DNA from: an uncultured Oscillospiraceae bacterium | Lineage (GTDB): Bacteria; Bacillota; Clostridia; Oscillospirales; Ruminococcaceae | DNA length: 64,000 nt | Direction of reading: 5' to 3' | NCBI GenBank assembly: GCA_910587465.1 | Contig: CAJUMS010000006.1 | Span: forward strand, 1,822 to 65,821 | Shown: positions 31,652-42,254 of the stretch, one piece after another | Layout: the number at the start of each line of letters is the position of its first letter | How positions within the stretch are numbered: position 1 is the first letter of the stretch | Made by a program: the position numbers and the translations under genes | The notes under the pieces: generated by a model | Seen by the model: the letters and a program-made list of their open reading frames with translations, nothing else | Database searches by the model: none | What the model was told of the DNA's origin: nothing

Positions 31652-32223
31652 TTCTTCTCCTTGCTTGTTACGTGGTCGGGAACAAAGGGGTGATCGGGAG
31701 CGTAGATCTCGTTATAATTATCGATACACTGCTTGATGACCTCGACTGCCTTTTTCTGTCCCTGTACCTCGTCGACCGCGGTCGCCTTGTCCTCAAGCTG
31801 CTTGTATACCGAGAAGAAGTGGCGCATCTCTTGGAAAATGTGGGAAGGCAGAGCTTCAATTCCTCTGTAAGCGTTGAAGGTCGGGTCCTCGAACGGGATC
31901 GCGATTATTTTCTCGTCGTTGCGGCCGTTGTCGAGCATGGTGATAACGCCTATCGGGTAGCACTGCACGAGCACCAGCGGATCAATAGGCTCGTTGCATA
32001 GGATAAGCACATCCAGCGGGTCGCCGTCGTCGGCGAGAGTGCGCGGGATAAAGCCGTAGTTCGCGGGGTAGTGCGTGGAGGTGTACAGAATACGGTCGAG
32101 GATTATCAAGCCCGTCTGCTTGTCAAGCTCGTACTTTTTCTTGCTGCCCTTTTCGATCTCGACTACAGCGAGGAAGTCGTTGGGGGTTATTCTTGCGGGG
32201 TTTACGTCATGCCATATGTTCAT
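31648..32223 (-). CDS. ppa: Family I inorganic pyrophosphatase
   Basis: KYELDK, YPANYGFIPRTL.DDGDPLDVL, DEKIIA, FF.VYK.LE; ATG at 32223. Confidence 0.95.
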   Translation of the reverse strand: MNIWHDVNPARITPNDFLAVVEIEKGSKKKYELDKQTGLIILDRILYTSTHYPANYGFIPRTLADDGDPLDVLILCNEPIDPLVLVQCYPIGVITMLDNGRNDEKIIAIPFEDPTFNAYRGIEALPSHIFQEMRHFFSVYKQLEDKATAVDEVQGQKKAVEVIKQCIDNYNEIYAPDHPFVPDHVTSKEKK

Positions 32224-32540
32224 AGTGGTTGTCCTTTCTTGATTAGAGCATGTACACATTACCGCTCAACGCCTGTCTTTGGGCGGATTTTCCGCATAAC
32301 TTCGTTGAAAATTCTTGAAGTACATACACCGTACATCTGCGAATTTAGCGTTTTATACGCAGCGCATAATGCGATCACGTTCTGTGAAAAATCCGCTTCG
32401 AAATCAGCGTTTTGCAAAGCATAATGCGTACATTTCGGATAATGTGAACACGCTCTAAGTTTAATGTTTGTTAATATTATACAACTTTTCAATAACAAAG
32501 TCAATAGAAAAAGGAGCCTGCGCTGGCAGGCTCCAGAATA

Positions 32541-34217
32541 TTATTTATCGTCGTTTTTCGCGTATTCAAAGTCATGCTTGCGAATTTCCGTGCGGCGTAT
32601 TTTTCCGCTGACCGTTTTGGGCAGCTCGTCGACAAATTCCACTATGCGCGGGTACTTGTACGGCGCCGTGTTGCGCTTGACGTGGTTCTGTATCTCCACC
32701 TTGAGCTCCTCACTCGGTTCGTAGCCCTTGGCGAGCACGATAGTCGCCTTTACGACCTCGCCGCGGATAGGATGAGGAGCTCCCGTTACGGCGCATTCGA
32801 GCACCGCGGGGTGCGTCACCACAACGCTCTCGACCTCAAACGGACCTATACGGTATCCGCTGGACTTGATAACGTCGTCGTTACGCCCTACGTACCAATA
32901 GTAGCCGTCCTCGTCCCGCTTTGCGGTATCGCCTGTGTGGTAATATCCGTCGTACCATACCCTGTCGGTAAGCTCCTTGCTATTGTAGTAGCCGCGGAAA
33001 AGTCCGGGGGTATTGCAGTACTCGCCCTTGACTACTATCTCGCCGACTACTCCCGGCGGCACGGAGTTGCCCTCGCTGTCCACAAGGTCTACTTCGTACA
33101 GTGGTGTGGGCTTGCCCATTGAGCCGGGCTTAGGCTCCATTCCGATAATATTTCCGATAAGGCAGGTGCTCTCGCTTTGACCGAAGCCCTCCATAAGCTT
33201 TAAGCCCGTGTGCTCGTACCACTTGTTGAATACCTCCCCCGAGAGCGCCTCACCCGCGATATTGCAGTATTTCAGGCTCGACAGGTCGTATTTGTCAAGA
33301 CCCTCGGCAATGAAAAAGCGGAACATGGTAGGCGGTGCGCAGAGCGTGGTTATCTTGTATTTCTCGATAATGCGAAGCATATTGTCGGGAATAAACTTGT
33401 CGAAGTCGTACACGAAAATGCACGTTCCCATTGCGGTCTGTCCGTAGATCTTTCCCCATGCCGCCTTCGCCCAGCCCGTATCGGAGATGGTGAGGTGAAT
33501 TCCGTTCGGGTCGACCTTATGCCAGTGCTTGGCGTTCTGGATATGCGCGAGGGCTATGGTGTGATCGTGTACCGCCATTTTGGGGTAGCCCGTGGTTCCC
33601 GAGGTGAAATACATCAGAAACAGCTCGTCCGCCTTGGTTGGAACGCGCTCCATGGTATCGGGATATTTCTCGATCTCCTTGTCGAAGTCTATCCAGCCGT
33701 CGCGCGAGCCGTTCACCATAAAATTGCAGTCGATAACATGGTCGGCGAGTTTTTCGCCCTCCTCGATATACTGTCCTACCTTGCCCGCGTGTGTGGCTAT
33801 GACCGCCTTTACGTTCGCGGTGTTGAAGCGGTAGGTGAAGTCCTTCGGGGTGAGCAGGTGCGTCGCGGGTATTGCGATAGCGCCTATCTTTATAAGCGCG
33901 TACAGCGCGTACCAGAACTGATAATGCCGCTTGAGGACGAGCATTACGCAGTCGCCCTTTTTGATCCCCATGTCTAGGAACATATTTGCAGCTTTATTCG
34001 ACAGCCTTGACAGGTCGCCGAAGGTGAGCAGCTTTTCGTTGCCCTCCAGATCGACCCACATAAGCGCGCGGCGGTCGGGTTCCATTTCCGCGAATTTGTC
34101 GATAATATCATAGCCGAAATTGAAATTGTCGGGGTATTTTATCCCGAATTTTTTAAGAATTCCGTCCTCGCCGTATTCTTCGGTCACGAAATTCAGGTGG
34201 TAGCTTTCTACGTCCAT
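32541..34217 (-). CDS. Acyl-CoA synthetase (AMP-forming)
   Basis: YFTSGTTGYPK, EGFGQSE, YHTGD, GRNDDVIKSSGYRIGP.EVE, LPKT.SGKI. Confidence 0.93.
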   Translation of the reverse strand: MDVESYHLNFVTEEYGEDGILKKFGIKYPDNFNFGYDIIDKFAEMEPDRRALMWVDLEGNEKLLTFGDLSRLSNKAANMFLDMGIKKGDCVMLVLKRHYQFWYALYALIKIGAIAIPATHLLTPKDFTYRFNTANVKAVIATHAGKVGQYIEEGEKLADHVIDCNFMVNGSRDGWIDFDKEIEKYPDTMERVPTKADELFLMYFTSGTTGYPKMAVHDHTIALAHIQNAKHWHKVDPNGIHLTISDTGWAKAAWGKIYGQTAMGTCIFVYDFDKFIPDNMLRIIEKYKITTLCAPPTMFRFFIAEGLDKYDLSSLKYCNIAGEALSGEVFNKWYEHTGLKLMEGFGQSESTCLIGNIIGMEPKPGSMGKPTPLYEVDLVDSEGNSVPPGVVGEIVVKGEYCNTPGLFRGYYNSKELTDRVWYDGYYHTGDTAKRDEDGYYWYVGRNDDVIKSSGYRIGPFEVESVVVTHPAVLECAVTGAPHPIRGEVVKATIVLAKGYEPSEELKVEIQNHVKRNTAPYKYPRIVEFVDELPKTVSGKIRRTEIRKHDFEYAKNDDK

Positions 34218-34426
34218 TTACAGGTTCTCCTCTTTATTATATAATGCGCACTGTGTGCTGTATTGTTATTATTACCGCATTAGTCTGCTAAATATTACCT
34301 TATTACAAATATAATTATATATCAATCACGTTTTTTTGTCAAGAGAAATCGTGTGAAGGTTTTGTGTAATTTAAATTTCGGCGGCGATTTTGGGGGACTG
34401 AGGTCTGAATATCCAAAAACCCACGC

Positions 34427-34455
34427 TTGACAACACGGAAAAAATGTGATATAAT
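34427..34455 (+). promoter_or_regulatory. rnpB SigA promoter
   Basis: TTGACA-17-TATAAT. Confidence 0.8.
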
Positions 34456-34460
34456 CTAAT

Positions 34461-34818
34461 GGTGACTTTATTATATGATCGCGGTGCGTGAGAGCGCAAT
34501 GAGGAAAGTCCGAGCATCACAGAGCAGGGTAGCTGATAACGTCAGCCGAGGGCGACCTTAGGGCAAGTGCAACAGAGATATACCGCCGTTACCCTTGAAA
34601 AGGGCGGACGGTAAGGATGGAAAGGCGAGGTAAGAGCTCACCGGAGTGCGCGAGAGCGTACTGCCATGTAAACCCTATCCGATGCAACACCGATTGGTGC
34701 GGGGGATAACGCGTCTGCTCGGCGTGCCCCGTTGAAAGGTGGCTTGATCCCGTCGGCGACGGCGGGGCTAGATAGATGATCATACACGACAGAACTCGGC
34801 TTACCGATAAAGTCACGC
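34461..34818 (+). ncRNA. rnpB: RNase P RNA (type A-like)
   Basis: GAGGAAAGTCCG, AGTGCAACAGAG, GGTAAGAGC, TAGATAGATGAT, ACAGAACTCGGCTTA; P1 helix GTGACTTTAT/ATAAAGTCAC. Confidence 0.97.
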
Positions 34819-34852
34819 CAATAAAAAAGCTCCCGTAAGGCGGGAGCATTTT

Positions 34853-35611
34853 TTATCTTCTCTTAATGCAAAGGATGTTGCCCGCGAACCACAGCACCGA
34901 GGTCACGCAGATGAAGATCAGCACGAATACGTTGACCTCCTCGTGCCAGCGCAGGACGAGCACCGCGAAGTCGCCGAAAAGCGCTACCATAAACGGCAGG
35001 AGGGAGAAATCGCTTTCGCCGTCACCGTCGTAGAAGCGTGACAGCATAATCGTGAACAACGCGACCGTGCCCGCGGAGACCACCGCCTCTATCGGTATGA
35101 ACAGGTATGCGAGCTCTATCGAGGTATGATATACGACGGGTATCGACATCGAATACGCCACGATGTACGCGAACGAAAGCCATTTCTTGTCAGCGCCCTT
35201 GTGGAGCTTTATATTCTGCACGGTGTGTATCGCCATGGAGATAAGTATCATTCCGTAGGAGATGAACTGCATTACGGGGATAGAGCCGTGAGTGTGAACC
35301 ATTCCGCCGAGCAGGAGTATTCCCGCTGCGATAGCGAGGTTGCCGAAAACGTCCTCGTTAGGCTTGAAATCCTCGTCGTCCTGACGTTTTGCCGCGTCGG
35401 TACACTTCATTACCGCCATTACATACGCGCCGAATATAGCGAAGATCGTCAGCGCTATCATATAATAGTCGAGCGTGTCGAGAGTGGACATATCCGAGGT
35501 AAAGCACACCACGAGACTTATCACTCTTTCAATCGTCAGGATCACAAAATACAGCGCCAGAAACAGAAATTTCAATCCGTTGAAACGCGCCTGATTTATT
35601 GTCTTTCCCAA
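34853..35611 (-). CDS. Multi-pass membrane protein, unknown function
   Basis: About eight hydrophobic segments. Confidence 0.75.
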   Translation of the reverse strand: MGKTINQARFNGLKFLFLALYFVILTIERVISLVVCFTSDMSTLDTLDYYMIALTIFAIFGAYVMAVMKCTDAAKRQDDEDFKPNEDVFGNLAIAAGILLLGGMVHTHGSIPVMQFISYGMILISMAIHTVQNIKLHKGADKKWLSFAYIVAYSMSIPVVYHTSIELAYLFIPIEAVVSAGTVALFTIMLSRFYDGDGESDFSLLPFMVALFGDFAVLVLRWHEEVNVFVLIFICVTSVLWFAGNILCIKRR

Positions 35612-35623
35612 ATTATCACCGCC

Positions 35624-36412
35624 TTAAATCGCTATGTATTCTCCCGTTGTCTGCACGGGGGCAACGTTGAGCGTGAAATCGCGCTCCTCCGACAGTCCGC
35701 GTTCCTCAAGAAATCTTTTGGTGTATGATCTCGCGGTCTGTGGGGTGTTATTTTCGCGCGACAGATGTCCGAGTATAAGATGGCACGTTCCTCCGCGCAC
35801 TAATTTTTCCGCGAACTCCGCGCACAGAACGTTTGATAGATGACCCTGCCCGCCGAGTATTCGTGACTTTAAAAGCGGCGGATAATTCGGATTTCTCCGC
35901 AACATATTCTCGTCGTAGTTGCTCTCGAGCAGTACGGCAAGGCAACCTTTCAGCGCCTGCTCCGCCTCCTCGGTAACAAATCCCGTATCGGTGCATACGC
36001 CGTAATATTCATCACCGTAGCGTATCTTATAGCCGACGCTGTCCGCCGCGTCGTGCGAGGTCTTGAAGCAGCTCACCTCAAATGAGGCGCTTTGGTAGCC
36101 GTCATAAACGTCGTATATCACCGAGTTTTCGGGTACTTTTCTGTTTTCGCGCAGAGCGTCGGCAGTTGCGGGGGTTGCGAATATGGGGATGCTCGTGTGC
36201 TTTATTATCTGCTCAAGACCCTTTATGTGATCAACGTGCTCATGCGTAATAAAAACGGCTTCAATTCCGCTTATATCGGTGTCTATAAGTCCGAGCGAGT
36301 TTTTCAGTGCGCGAAATGAACAGCCCGCGTCCACGAGGATTCCGTGACCGCGGGTTCCGATAAACGTTGAGTTTCCCTCGCTTGAGGAACAAATCGGGTA
36401 AATTCTTGACAT
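35624..36412 (-). CDS. MBL-fold metallohydrolase (YycJ/WalJ-like)
   Basis: SSS.GN, THEHVDH, SHDAAD, TDTG, ESNYD, GHLSN, GHLSRENN. Confidence 0.9.
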   Translation of the reverse strand: MSRIYPICSSSEGNSTFIGTRGHGILVDAGCSFRALKNSLGLIDTDISGIEAVFITHEHVDHIKGLEQIIKHTSIPIFATPATADALRENRKVPENSVIYDVYDGYQSASFEVSCFKTSHDAADSVGYKIRYGDEYYGVCTDTGFVTEEAEQALKGCLAVLLESNYDENMLRRNPNYPPLLKSRILGGQGHLSNVLCAEFAEKLVRGGTCHLILGHLSRENNTPQTARSYTKRFLEERGLSEERDFTLNVAPVQTTGEYIAI

Positions 36413-36413
36413 T

Positions 36414-37709
36414 TTAAATCGCCTTTTTTGCAACGGGATCGGATACGGGGTCGGGCTCGTCTACCTTGCGGATATCCGCGCCAAGTCCGCGCAGTTTGAT
36501 CTCCATATTCTCATAGCCGCGTTCAACGTGGAAAATATCGTATATCTCGGAGGTGCCCTCCGCGCTCAGCGCGGCAACAATAAGCGCCGCGCCCGCTCTC
36601 AGGTCGGTGGATTTTACAGGTGCGCCTTTTAAGCGCTCTACGCCCTCAATAACGGCAACTCTGCCCTCTACCGAGATATTCGCGCCCATTCTGCGCAGCT
36701 CGTCAACGTAGCGGAAACGGTTGTCAAAAATGCTCTCTGTAATCATAGACGCACCTTTTGCGCAGGTCAGCACCGCTGACATTTGCGGCTGCATATCGGT
36801 CGGGAAACCGGGGTGCGGCTGGGTCTTTATAGTCGTGCCGACGTAATTCTCGCCGCCGATAACTCTTATGGCGTCGTCGTACTGCTCCACTTGAACGCCT
36901 ATCTTCAACAGCTTGTTGGTGATAGGCTCAAGATGCTTGGGGATAACGTTTCTTATCAGTATATTGCTGCGGGTTGCCGCGGCAGCCGCCATAAACGTGC
37001 CCGCCTCGATCTGGTCGGGTATAACGCTGTATGTCGTGCCGTGAAGCTCGCGCACTCCGCGTATTTTTATAACGTCCGTACCTGCGCCGATAATATCCGC
37101 GCCCATGGAGTTCAGGCAGTTCGCCAGATCGACAACGTGCGGCTCCTTTGCGGCATTCTCGATAACGGTAAGACCTTCGGCTTTTACGGCAGCCATAATG
37201 CCGTTTATAGTCGCTCCGACGGAGTTCTTGTCAAAGAATATCTGATTTCCCACAAGCTTATCCGCACGGAGGTTTATCATACCGCCGTCTATCTCGCACT
37301 GAGCACCCAACGCCGAAAAGCATTTGAGATGCTGATCTATCGGACGGTCGCCGAGATTGCAGCCTCCCGGCATGGAAACGTGCGCCGAGTGAAATCTTCC
37401 AAGCAGTGTGCCGAGGAAATAGGTCGTTGCCCGCATAAGCTTTGCCTTCTCATACGGGATAGACATATTCATCAGCGGACGGGAATCGATCTCCACCGTC
37501 GTCTTATTCAGCATACGTATTTTCGCGCCCATTTCCTGCATTATCTGTAAAGTAATGGTAACGTCGCTGATGTTCGGTATATTTTCAATAACGCAGGGCT
37601 CGTCTGAGAGGATAGTCGCGGGAATAATCGCTACGACGGCATTTTTCGCGCCGCTTACAACGACCTCGCCCGAGAGCTTCGCTCCGCCCCGGATAACATA
37701 TTTCTCCAA
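36414..37709 (-). CDS. murA: UDP-N-acetylglucosamine 1-carboxyvinyltransferase
   Basis: SGAKNA, PGGCNLG.RPIDQH, NAAKEP, PGFPTDMQ, DLRAGAAL, RGYE. Confidence 0.97.
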   Translation of the reverse strand: MEKYVIRGGAKLSGEVVVSGAKNAVVAIIPATILSDEPCVIENIPNISDVTITLQIMQEMGAKIRMLNKTTVEIDSRPLMNMSIPYEKAKLMRATTYFLGTLLGRFHSAHVSMPGGCNLGDRPIDQHLKCFSALGAQCEIDGGMINLRADKLVGNQIFFDKNSVGATINGIMAAVKAEGLTVIENAAKEPHVVDLANCLNSMGADIIGAGTDVIKIRGVRELHGTTYSVIPDQIEAGTFMAAAAATRSNILIRNVIPKHLEPITNKLLKIGVQVEQYDDAIRVIGGENYVGTTIKTQPHPGFPTDMQPQMSAVLTCAKGASMITESIFDNRFRYVDELRRMGANISVEGRVAVIEGVERLKGAPVKSTDLRAGAALIVAALSAEGTSEIYDIFHVERGYENMEIKLRGLGADIRKVDEPDPVSDPVAKKAI

Positions 37710-38203
37710 AAAAACACTTCCCCCTGTCTTGACCGGGAGTATTCGCCTTTAAGTAAGGCGCACAGCTGTCGCTGCGGCAAACCGACGGGCTTTCCTCTGT
37801 AAGACATTCATTTAATTTTTTATATGTATCAAACTAAATCAGTATTGCTTATTCAATATCGAACGGTGAGTGCGCATAAGTACACACTCACACTTTTACA
37901 TTATAGCATACTTTACCTATTTTTTAAAGACCCAAATCAAAAAAAAGTCATTCTTTTGATTTTTTTGTGATATTTAACTAAAAAAAGTTTAAAAAATATA
38001 AAACTTTTTCCGATATGTGGTAATTTATTACAAACAGCGCAGTTCACGTTGTATACATATGCGGAAATTTTCATGGCACAAAACGTATGAAGAAAATATA
38101 CATATATTATTCTCGGAAAATACGTTTTTAATCTTGACAAATGAAGAAAATTGTGATTTAATTATAGTGTATGGTAATTTTTATCTGAAAGGAAAATCCG
38201 AAA

Positions 38204-39412
38204 ATGGCAAAATTAAACGAAAATTTCTCTAAATTGAAGAAGAACTACCTCTTTATTGAGATAGCGAAGCGCATCCGCGCGTATTCCGAGGAGCACCCCG
38301 AGAAAGCTAAGCGGCTCGTCAGAATGGGTATCGGCGACGTTACGCGTCCACTCGCTCCGGTTGTTGTCGAGGCTATGAAGAAGGCCGCCGACGAAATGGG
38401 CAAGCGCGAGACGTTCCGCGGTTATGAGGACTCGGGTGCGGGATATGACTTCCTGCGCGAGGCGGTATCCGACTACTATAAGAGCTTCGGCGCGGATGTT
38501 TCCGCCGACGAGATACGCATCTCCGACGGCGCGAAGTCCGACTGCGGAAATATTATCGACATATTCGGCAGCGGCAACGTCGTTCTTGTTACCGATCCCG
38601 CTTATCCCGTTTACGTTGACTCCAACGTTATGAACGGCAATGATGTTATCTACGCCGATTCCACCGAGGAGAACGGTTTTGCGGCTATGCCCGACAAGAG
38701 TGTTAAAGCCGATCTTATCTATCTCTGTTCGCCGAACAATCCCACGGGGTCTGTATACAATACGTCTCAGCTTAAGGAATGGGTGGACTACGCGCTCGCG
38801 AACAACGCCGTTATCATTTATGACGCGGCTTATGAGGCGTTTATTACCGAGGACGATATCCCGCGTTCGATTTACTGCATTGAGGGCGCTAAGAAGTGTG
38901 CTATCGAGATTTGTTCGTTTTCCAAGACCGCGGGCTTTACGGGTACGCGCTGCGGATACACGGTAGTCCCGAACGACCTTGTTCAGAAGAACAGCTCGGG
39001 CAGCGATGTTAAGCTCTGCGAGATATGGGCGCGCCGTCAAGGCAGCAAGTTCAACGGCGTTTCCTATCCCGTTCAGCGCGGCGCGGAGGCGGTGTTCACT
39101 TCCGAAGGGCAGAAGCAGTGCAGGGAGAATATCGCGTACTATCAGGAGAACGCGCGCGTTATCTCGGCTACCTGCGATGAGCTGGGTATCAAGTACACGG
39201 GTGGTGTAAACTCGCCGTACATCTGGCTGAAATGCCCGAATGGTATGGGATCATGGGATTTCTTCGATATGCTCCTGACGAAAATTCAGGTGGTCGGCAC
39301 TCCCGGCGCGGGCTTCGGCAAGAACGGCGACGGTTGGTTCAGACTGACCGCGTTCGGCACTCACGAGGCTACCAAAGAGGCAATGGAGAGATTTAAGGAG
39401 CTTTTGAAGTAA
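38204..39412 (+). CDS. dapL: LL-diaminopimelate aminotransferase
   Basis: YLF.EIA, GIGDVT, SDGAK.D, CSPNNPTG, DAAYE, SFSKTAGFTGTRC. Confidence 0.95.
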   Translation: MAKLNENFSKLKKNYLFIEIAKRIRAYSEEHPEKAKRLVRMGIGDVTRPLAPVVVEAMKKAADEMGKRETFRGYEDSGAGYDFLREAVSDYYKSFGADVSADEIRISDGAKSDCGNIIDIFGSGNVVLVTDPAYPVYVDSNVMNGNDVIYADSTEENGFAAMPDKSVKADLIYLCSPNNPTGSVYNTSQLKEWVDYALANNAVIIYDAAYEAFITEDDIPRSIYCIEGAKKCAIEICSFSKTAGFTGTRCGYTVVPNDLVQKNSSGSDVKLCEIWARRQGSKFNGVSYPVQRGAEAVFTSEGQKQCRENIAYYQENARVISATCDELGIKYTGGVNSPYIWLKCPNGMGSWDFFDMLLTKIQVVGTPGAGFGKNGDGWFRLTAFGTHEATKEAMERFKELLK

Positions 39413-39450
39413 ATATAATTGAGCCTGTTCACCTGAACAGGCTCTCTTTT

Positions 39451-40203
39451 TTATATTTTTTGGAACATACTCATAGCGGAGCTTATTTCCTCCTCGTTCG
39501 ATCCCGTAAAGGTGACTATCCCCATATATGTTCCATTGCTTAACGGGATCATCTTCTGAACCGCTTCCTGATCCTCGCTTGTGAGCTTTGTGTTTATGCA
39601 CGCCATTTCGCTGCCCAAAAAGCTTACCGTGGATTTTTCCGCTTCTACGCTTTCAAAGCCCGCAGCCTTGAACTGAGCTTCGATATTGGGGAAAGCAAGC
39701 TCAATATATTCCGCGCCTGTCAGCGGATTGCCTTTATTGGTAACGTTTAGGTTTTCGATGACGATATTTACATTGGTGTTGGTTTCCGTACCCGCGATCA
39801 GCTCATACAGAATGGCATTTGTATTCAGCGCCTTGTTCACGTTTTCGTCGGACATATCGGTAATGCCGTTGTTTTGCGCGAGGATATCATCGGTAATCAT
39901 TGTCCAATCGTCCGCAAAATCCGCCTTGATCCCGAGGAACTCGGAGTTGTAGGAGTTTGCGGTAACTGTTCCGTGGGCAAATCCGCTTTCGGTATCGCCG
40001 TCGGGGGGCGTTGAGGAGTTTTTGGATGAACTGCTGCTTTCCGAAGACGAAGTAGAGCTTTCGGATGAGTTGCTATTGGAGGACGTGGACGAGCTTTCGT
40101 TTGAGCTGCTGCCCGTGGGCGTGGAGCTTATACCGCTTTTGTCGCAAGCGGTGGTCATCAATACCGCCGCACATACGAGGATTGTCATTATTTTCTTTTT
40201 CAT
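39451..40203 (-). CDS. Lipoprotein with a Ser-rich linker
   Basis: MKKK...LMTTAC lipobox followed by a poly-Ser region. Confidence 0.8.
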   Translation of the reverse strand: MKKKIMTILVCAAVLMTTACDKSGISSTPTGSSSNESSSTSSNSNSSESSTSSSESSSSSKNSSTPPDGDTESGFAHGTVTANSYNSEFLGIKADFADDWTMITDDILAQNNGITDMSDENVNKALNTNAILYELIAGTETNTNVNIVIENLNVTNKGNPLTGAEYIELAFPNIEAQFKAAGFESVEAEKSTVSFLGSEMACINTKLTSEDQEAVQKMIPLSNGTYMGIVTFTGSNEEEISSAMSMFQKI

Positions 40204-40328
40204 AATAATTTCCTTTCACCTGTGTTTTTTAGTGTTTATAGGTGTTTATACCCTATATGTACAGTATAAACGTTTCGGTATGATTTGTCAAGTACTTTTT
40301 TGAAAATTTTAATATTTTCTGCAAAAAA

Positions 40329-40771
40329 CTATATTATATGAAACGGCTTCTTATTTTTCAAGCTCGATAGCCGTAATCTCTCCGTCTCTAATATCTGCCG
40401 TAGATAACGATATTCTTTAACGGCATTGTGGCTTCGCGGGCGCCGTTCTCGGTGAATATATCTTAAAAAATTACTTTTTCCGTAATAATATTCGCTTTCA
40501 AATCTGAAATAAACGTACTGATGAAGGTGGGCACGGCGAGCGGATAAACGCAAAATCGAATTTGGGCGAGGTGCCGTTCCGCCATTAGGGTGCGGACAAC
40601 TCGCTTTTCAGCGCGGTCATTCCGTCGGGGAGAGGTATTTCGTCGGAAATAGCCGAAAGCTCACCTTAGTGTTTTCTCTTACTCGTCTGCCGTAAGTGAG
40701 TGTCTGTGTTCACAGTCGGTAAGTAACAACATTGCCGCGGCAATAATTGCAAGCGATATAGTCTTTTTCAT
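40329..40771 (-). pseudogene. Degraded lipoprotein gene remnant
   Basis: AAGGAG SD + MKKTISLAIIAAAMLLLTDC (lipobox-like), stop after 30 codons, broken frames downstream. Confidence 0.45.
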
Positions 40772-40871
40772 AATGACTCCTTTGTCAAAATGTTTTCAAA
40801 TATTATACCGAATGACTTGCGGAACGGTTTCAAAAAATTCCCCCCGCCGCTCGGACGGGGGAAGTATTTAC

Positions 40872-42035
40872 TTACTTGATAACTCTCACGCCCACAACGT
40901 TCTCGACAGCCTTGAGCTTATCCTCGATACCCGAGGTATTGCCGGATACATCGAGACAGGTGTACGCATAGTCCTTCTTGGATTTGCTCTGCATATTCTC
41001 GATATTCATGCCCGCAGCGGATATAGGAGCGGTGATGTTGTTGATAACGCCCTCCACGTTCTTGTGGATAACGCATATCTTCGCGCTGCCCGTAATCACC
41101 ATTTCCATATTCGGCAGGTTTACGGAGTTCTTGATGTCGCCGCGCTCGATGTAGTCTCTGATCTCGTTGCACGCCATAACAGCGCAGTTGTCCTCGCTCT
41201 CTGGGGTGGAAGCGCCGAGATGCGGAAGCGTGATAACGTTCTCGTGACCAATAAGAGCGTCGGTTGCGAAATCTGTCACGTAGCAAGCCATTCCACCGTT
41301 GTCCAGCGCGTTGATTACAGCAGTCTCGTCGATCAGAGCGTCACGCGAGAAGTTCAGCAAGCGTACCGACTTCTTCATCGAAGCGATAGCCTCGGCGTTG
41401 ATCATACCCTTAGTTTCCGCGGTCGCGGGAACGTGGAGCGTGATATAATCGCACTGCTCAAAAATCTCCTTATTGGATTTTACATAGTGGACTTTACCAG
41501 AGAGTTTCAGCGCGTGCTCAACGTTCAGGAACGGGTCTGCACCGTATACCTCCATACCGAGAGCTGCGGCAGCGTTCGCAACGAGAACTCCGATAGCGCC
41601 CAGACCGATAACGCCAAGTTTCTTGCCCATGATCTCTGGACCTACGAACTGGCTCTTGCCTTTTTCAACGAGCTTACCCACCTCGTCGCCCTTACCCTTG
41701 AGGGTCTTTATCCACTCCATGGACGCGGGTATCTTACGCGAGCTTAACAGCAATGCGCAAATAATCAATTCCTTTACTGCGTTGGCGTTTGCGCCGGGGG
41801 TGTTGAATACTACAACGCCCTTTTCGCTGCACTTGTCGATCGGGATATTGTTTACGCCCGCTCCTGCTCTTGCGATAGCGAGCAGATTGGAGCCGAGCTC
41901 CATATCGTGCATAGCCGCCGAGCGCACGAGGATAGCGTCGGGGTTTGCGATATCGTCGCCGAACGCATATTTGCTCTTGTCGAGCAGGTCCGTACCGCAA
42001 GCGGCGATCTTGTTCAAAGTCTGAATATTGTACAT
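40872..42035 (-). CDS. serA: D-3-phosphoglycerate dehydrogenase
   Basis: ARAGAGVNNIP, NTPGANANAV.E, GLGAIG, PHLGAST.E, ACT-like tail; next to serC. Confidence 0.95.
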   Translation of the reverse strand: MYNIQTLNKIAACGTDLLDKSKYAFGDDIANPDAILVRSAAMHDMELGSNLLAIARAGAGVNNIPIDKCSEKGVVVFNTPGANANAVKELIICALLLSSRKIPASMEWIKTLKGKGDEVGKLVEKGKSQFVGPEIMGKKLGVIGLGAIGVLVANAAAALGMEVYGADPFLNVEHALKLSGKVHYVKSNKEIFEQCDYITLHVPATAETKGMINAEAIASMKKSVRLLNFSRDALIDETAVINALDNGGMACYVTDFATDALIGHENVITLPHLGASTPESEDNCAVMACNEIRDYIERGDIKNSVNLPNMEMVITGSAKICVIHKNVEGVINNITAPISAAGMNIENMQSKSKKDYAYTCLDVSGNTSGIEDKLKAVENVVGVRVIK

Positions 42036-42048
42036 TATGATTATCTCC

Positions 42049-42237
42049 TTATTTATTTTCTATCAGGGTAACGACAGGCTTTCCGTCCTTGTCGAGCAGC
42101 GGGGAAAGTCCGCCCGCGTAGCCGGCACAATGAAACAGATAGTTCACGCCCGTTACCTTATCAACAAATACAGTGATCTGGCTTGAAGTAAGACCGTTTC
42201 CCTGTGAGTAAATCTTTACAAATCTATCGTCAGCCAT
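42049..42237 (-). CDS. Small conserved-type protein (DUF6440-like)
   Basis: RF...YSQG, VDKVTGVNYLF, GGL.PLLD.DGKP. Confidence 0.75.
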   Translation of the reverse strand: MADDRFVKIYSQGNGLTSSQITVFVDKVTGVNYLFHCAGYAGGLSPLLDKDGKPVVTLIENK

Positions 42238-42254
42238 TTGTTACCTCCGAAGAA

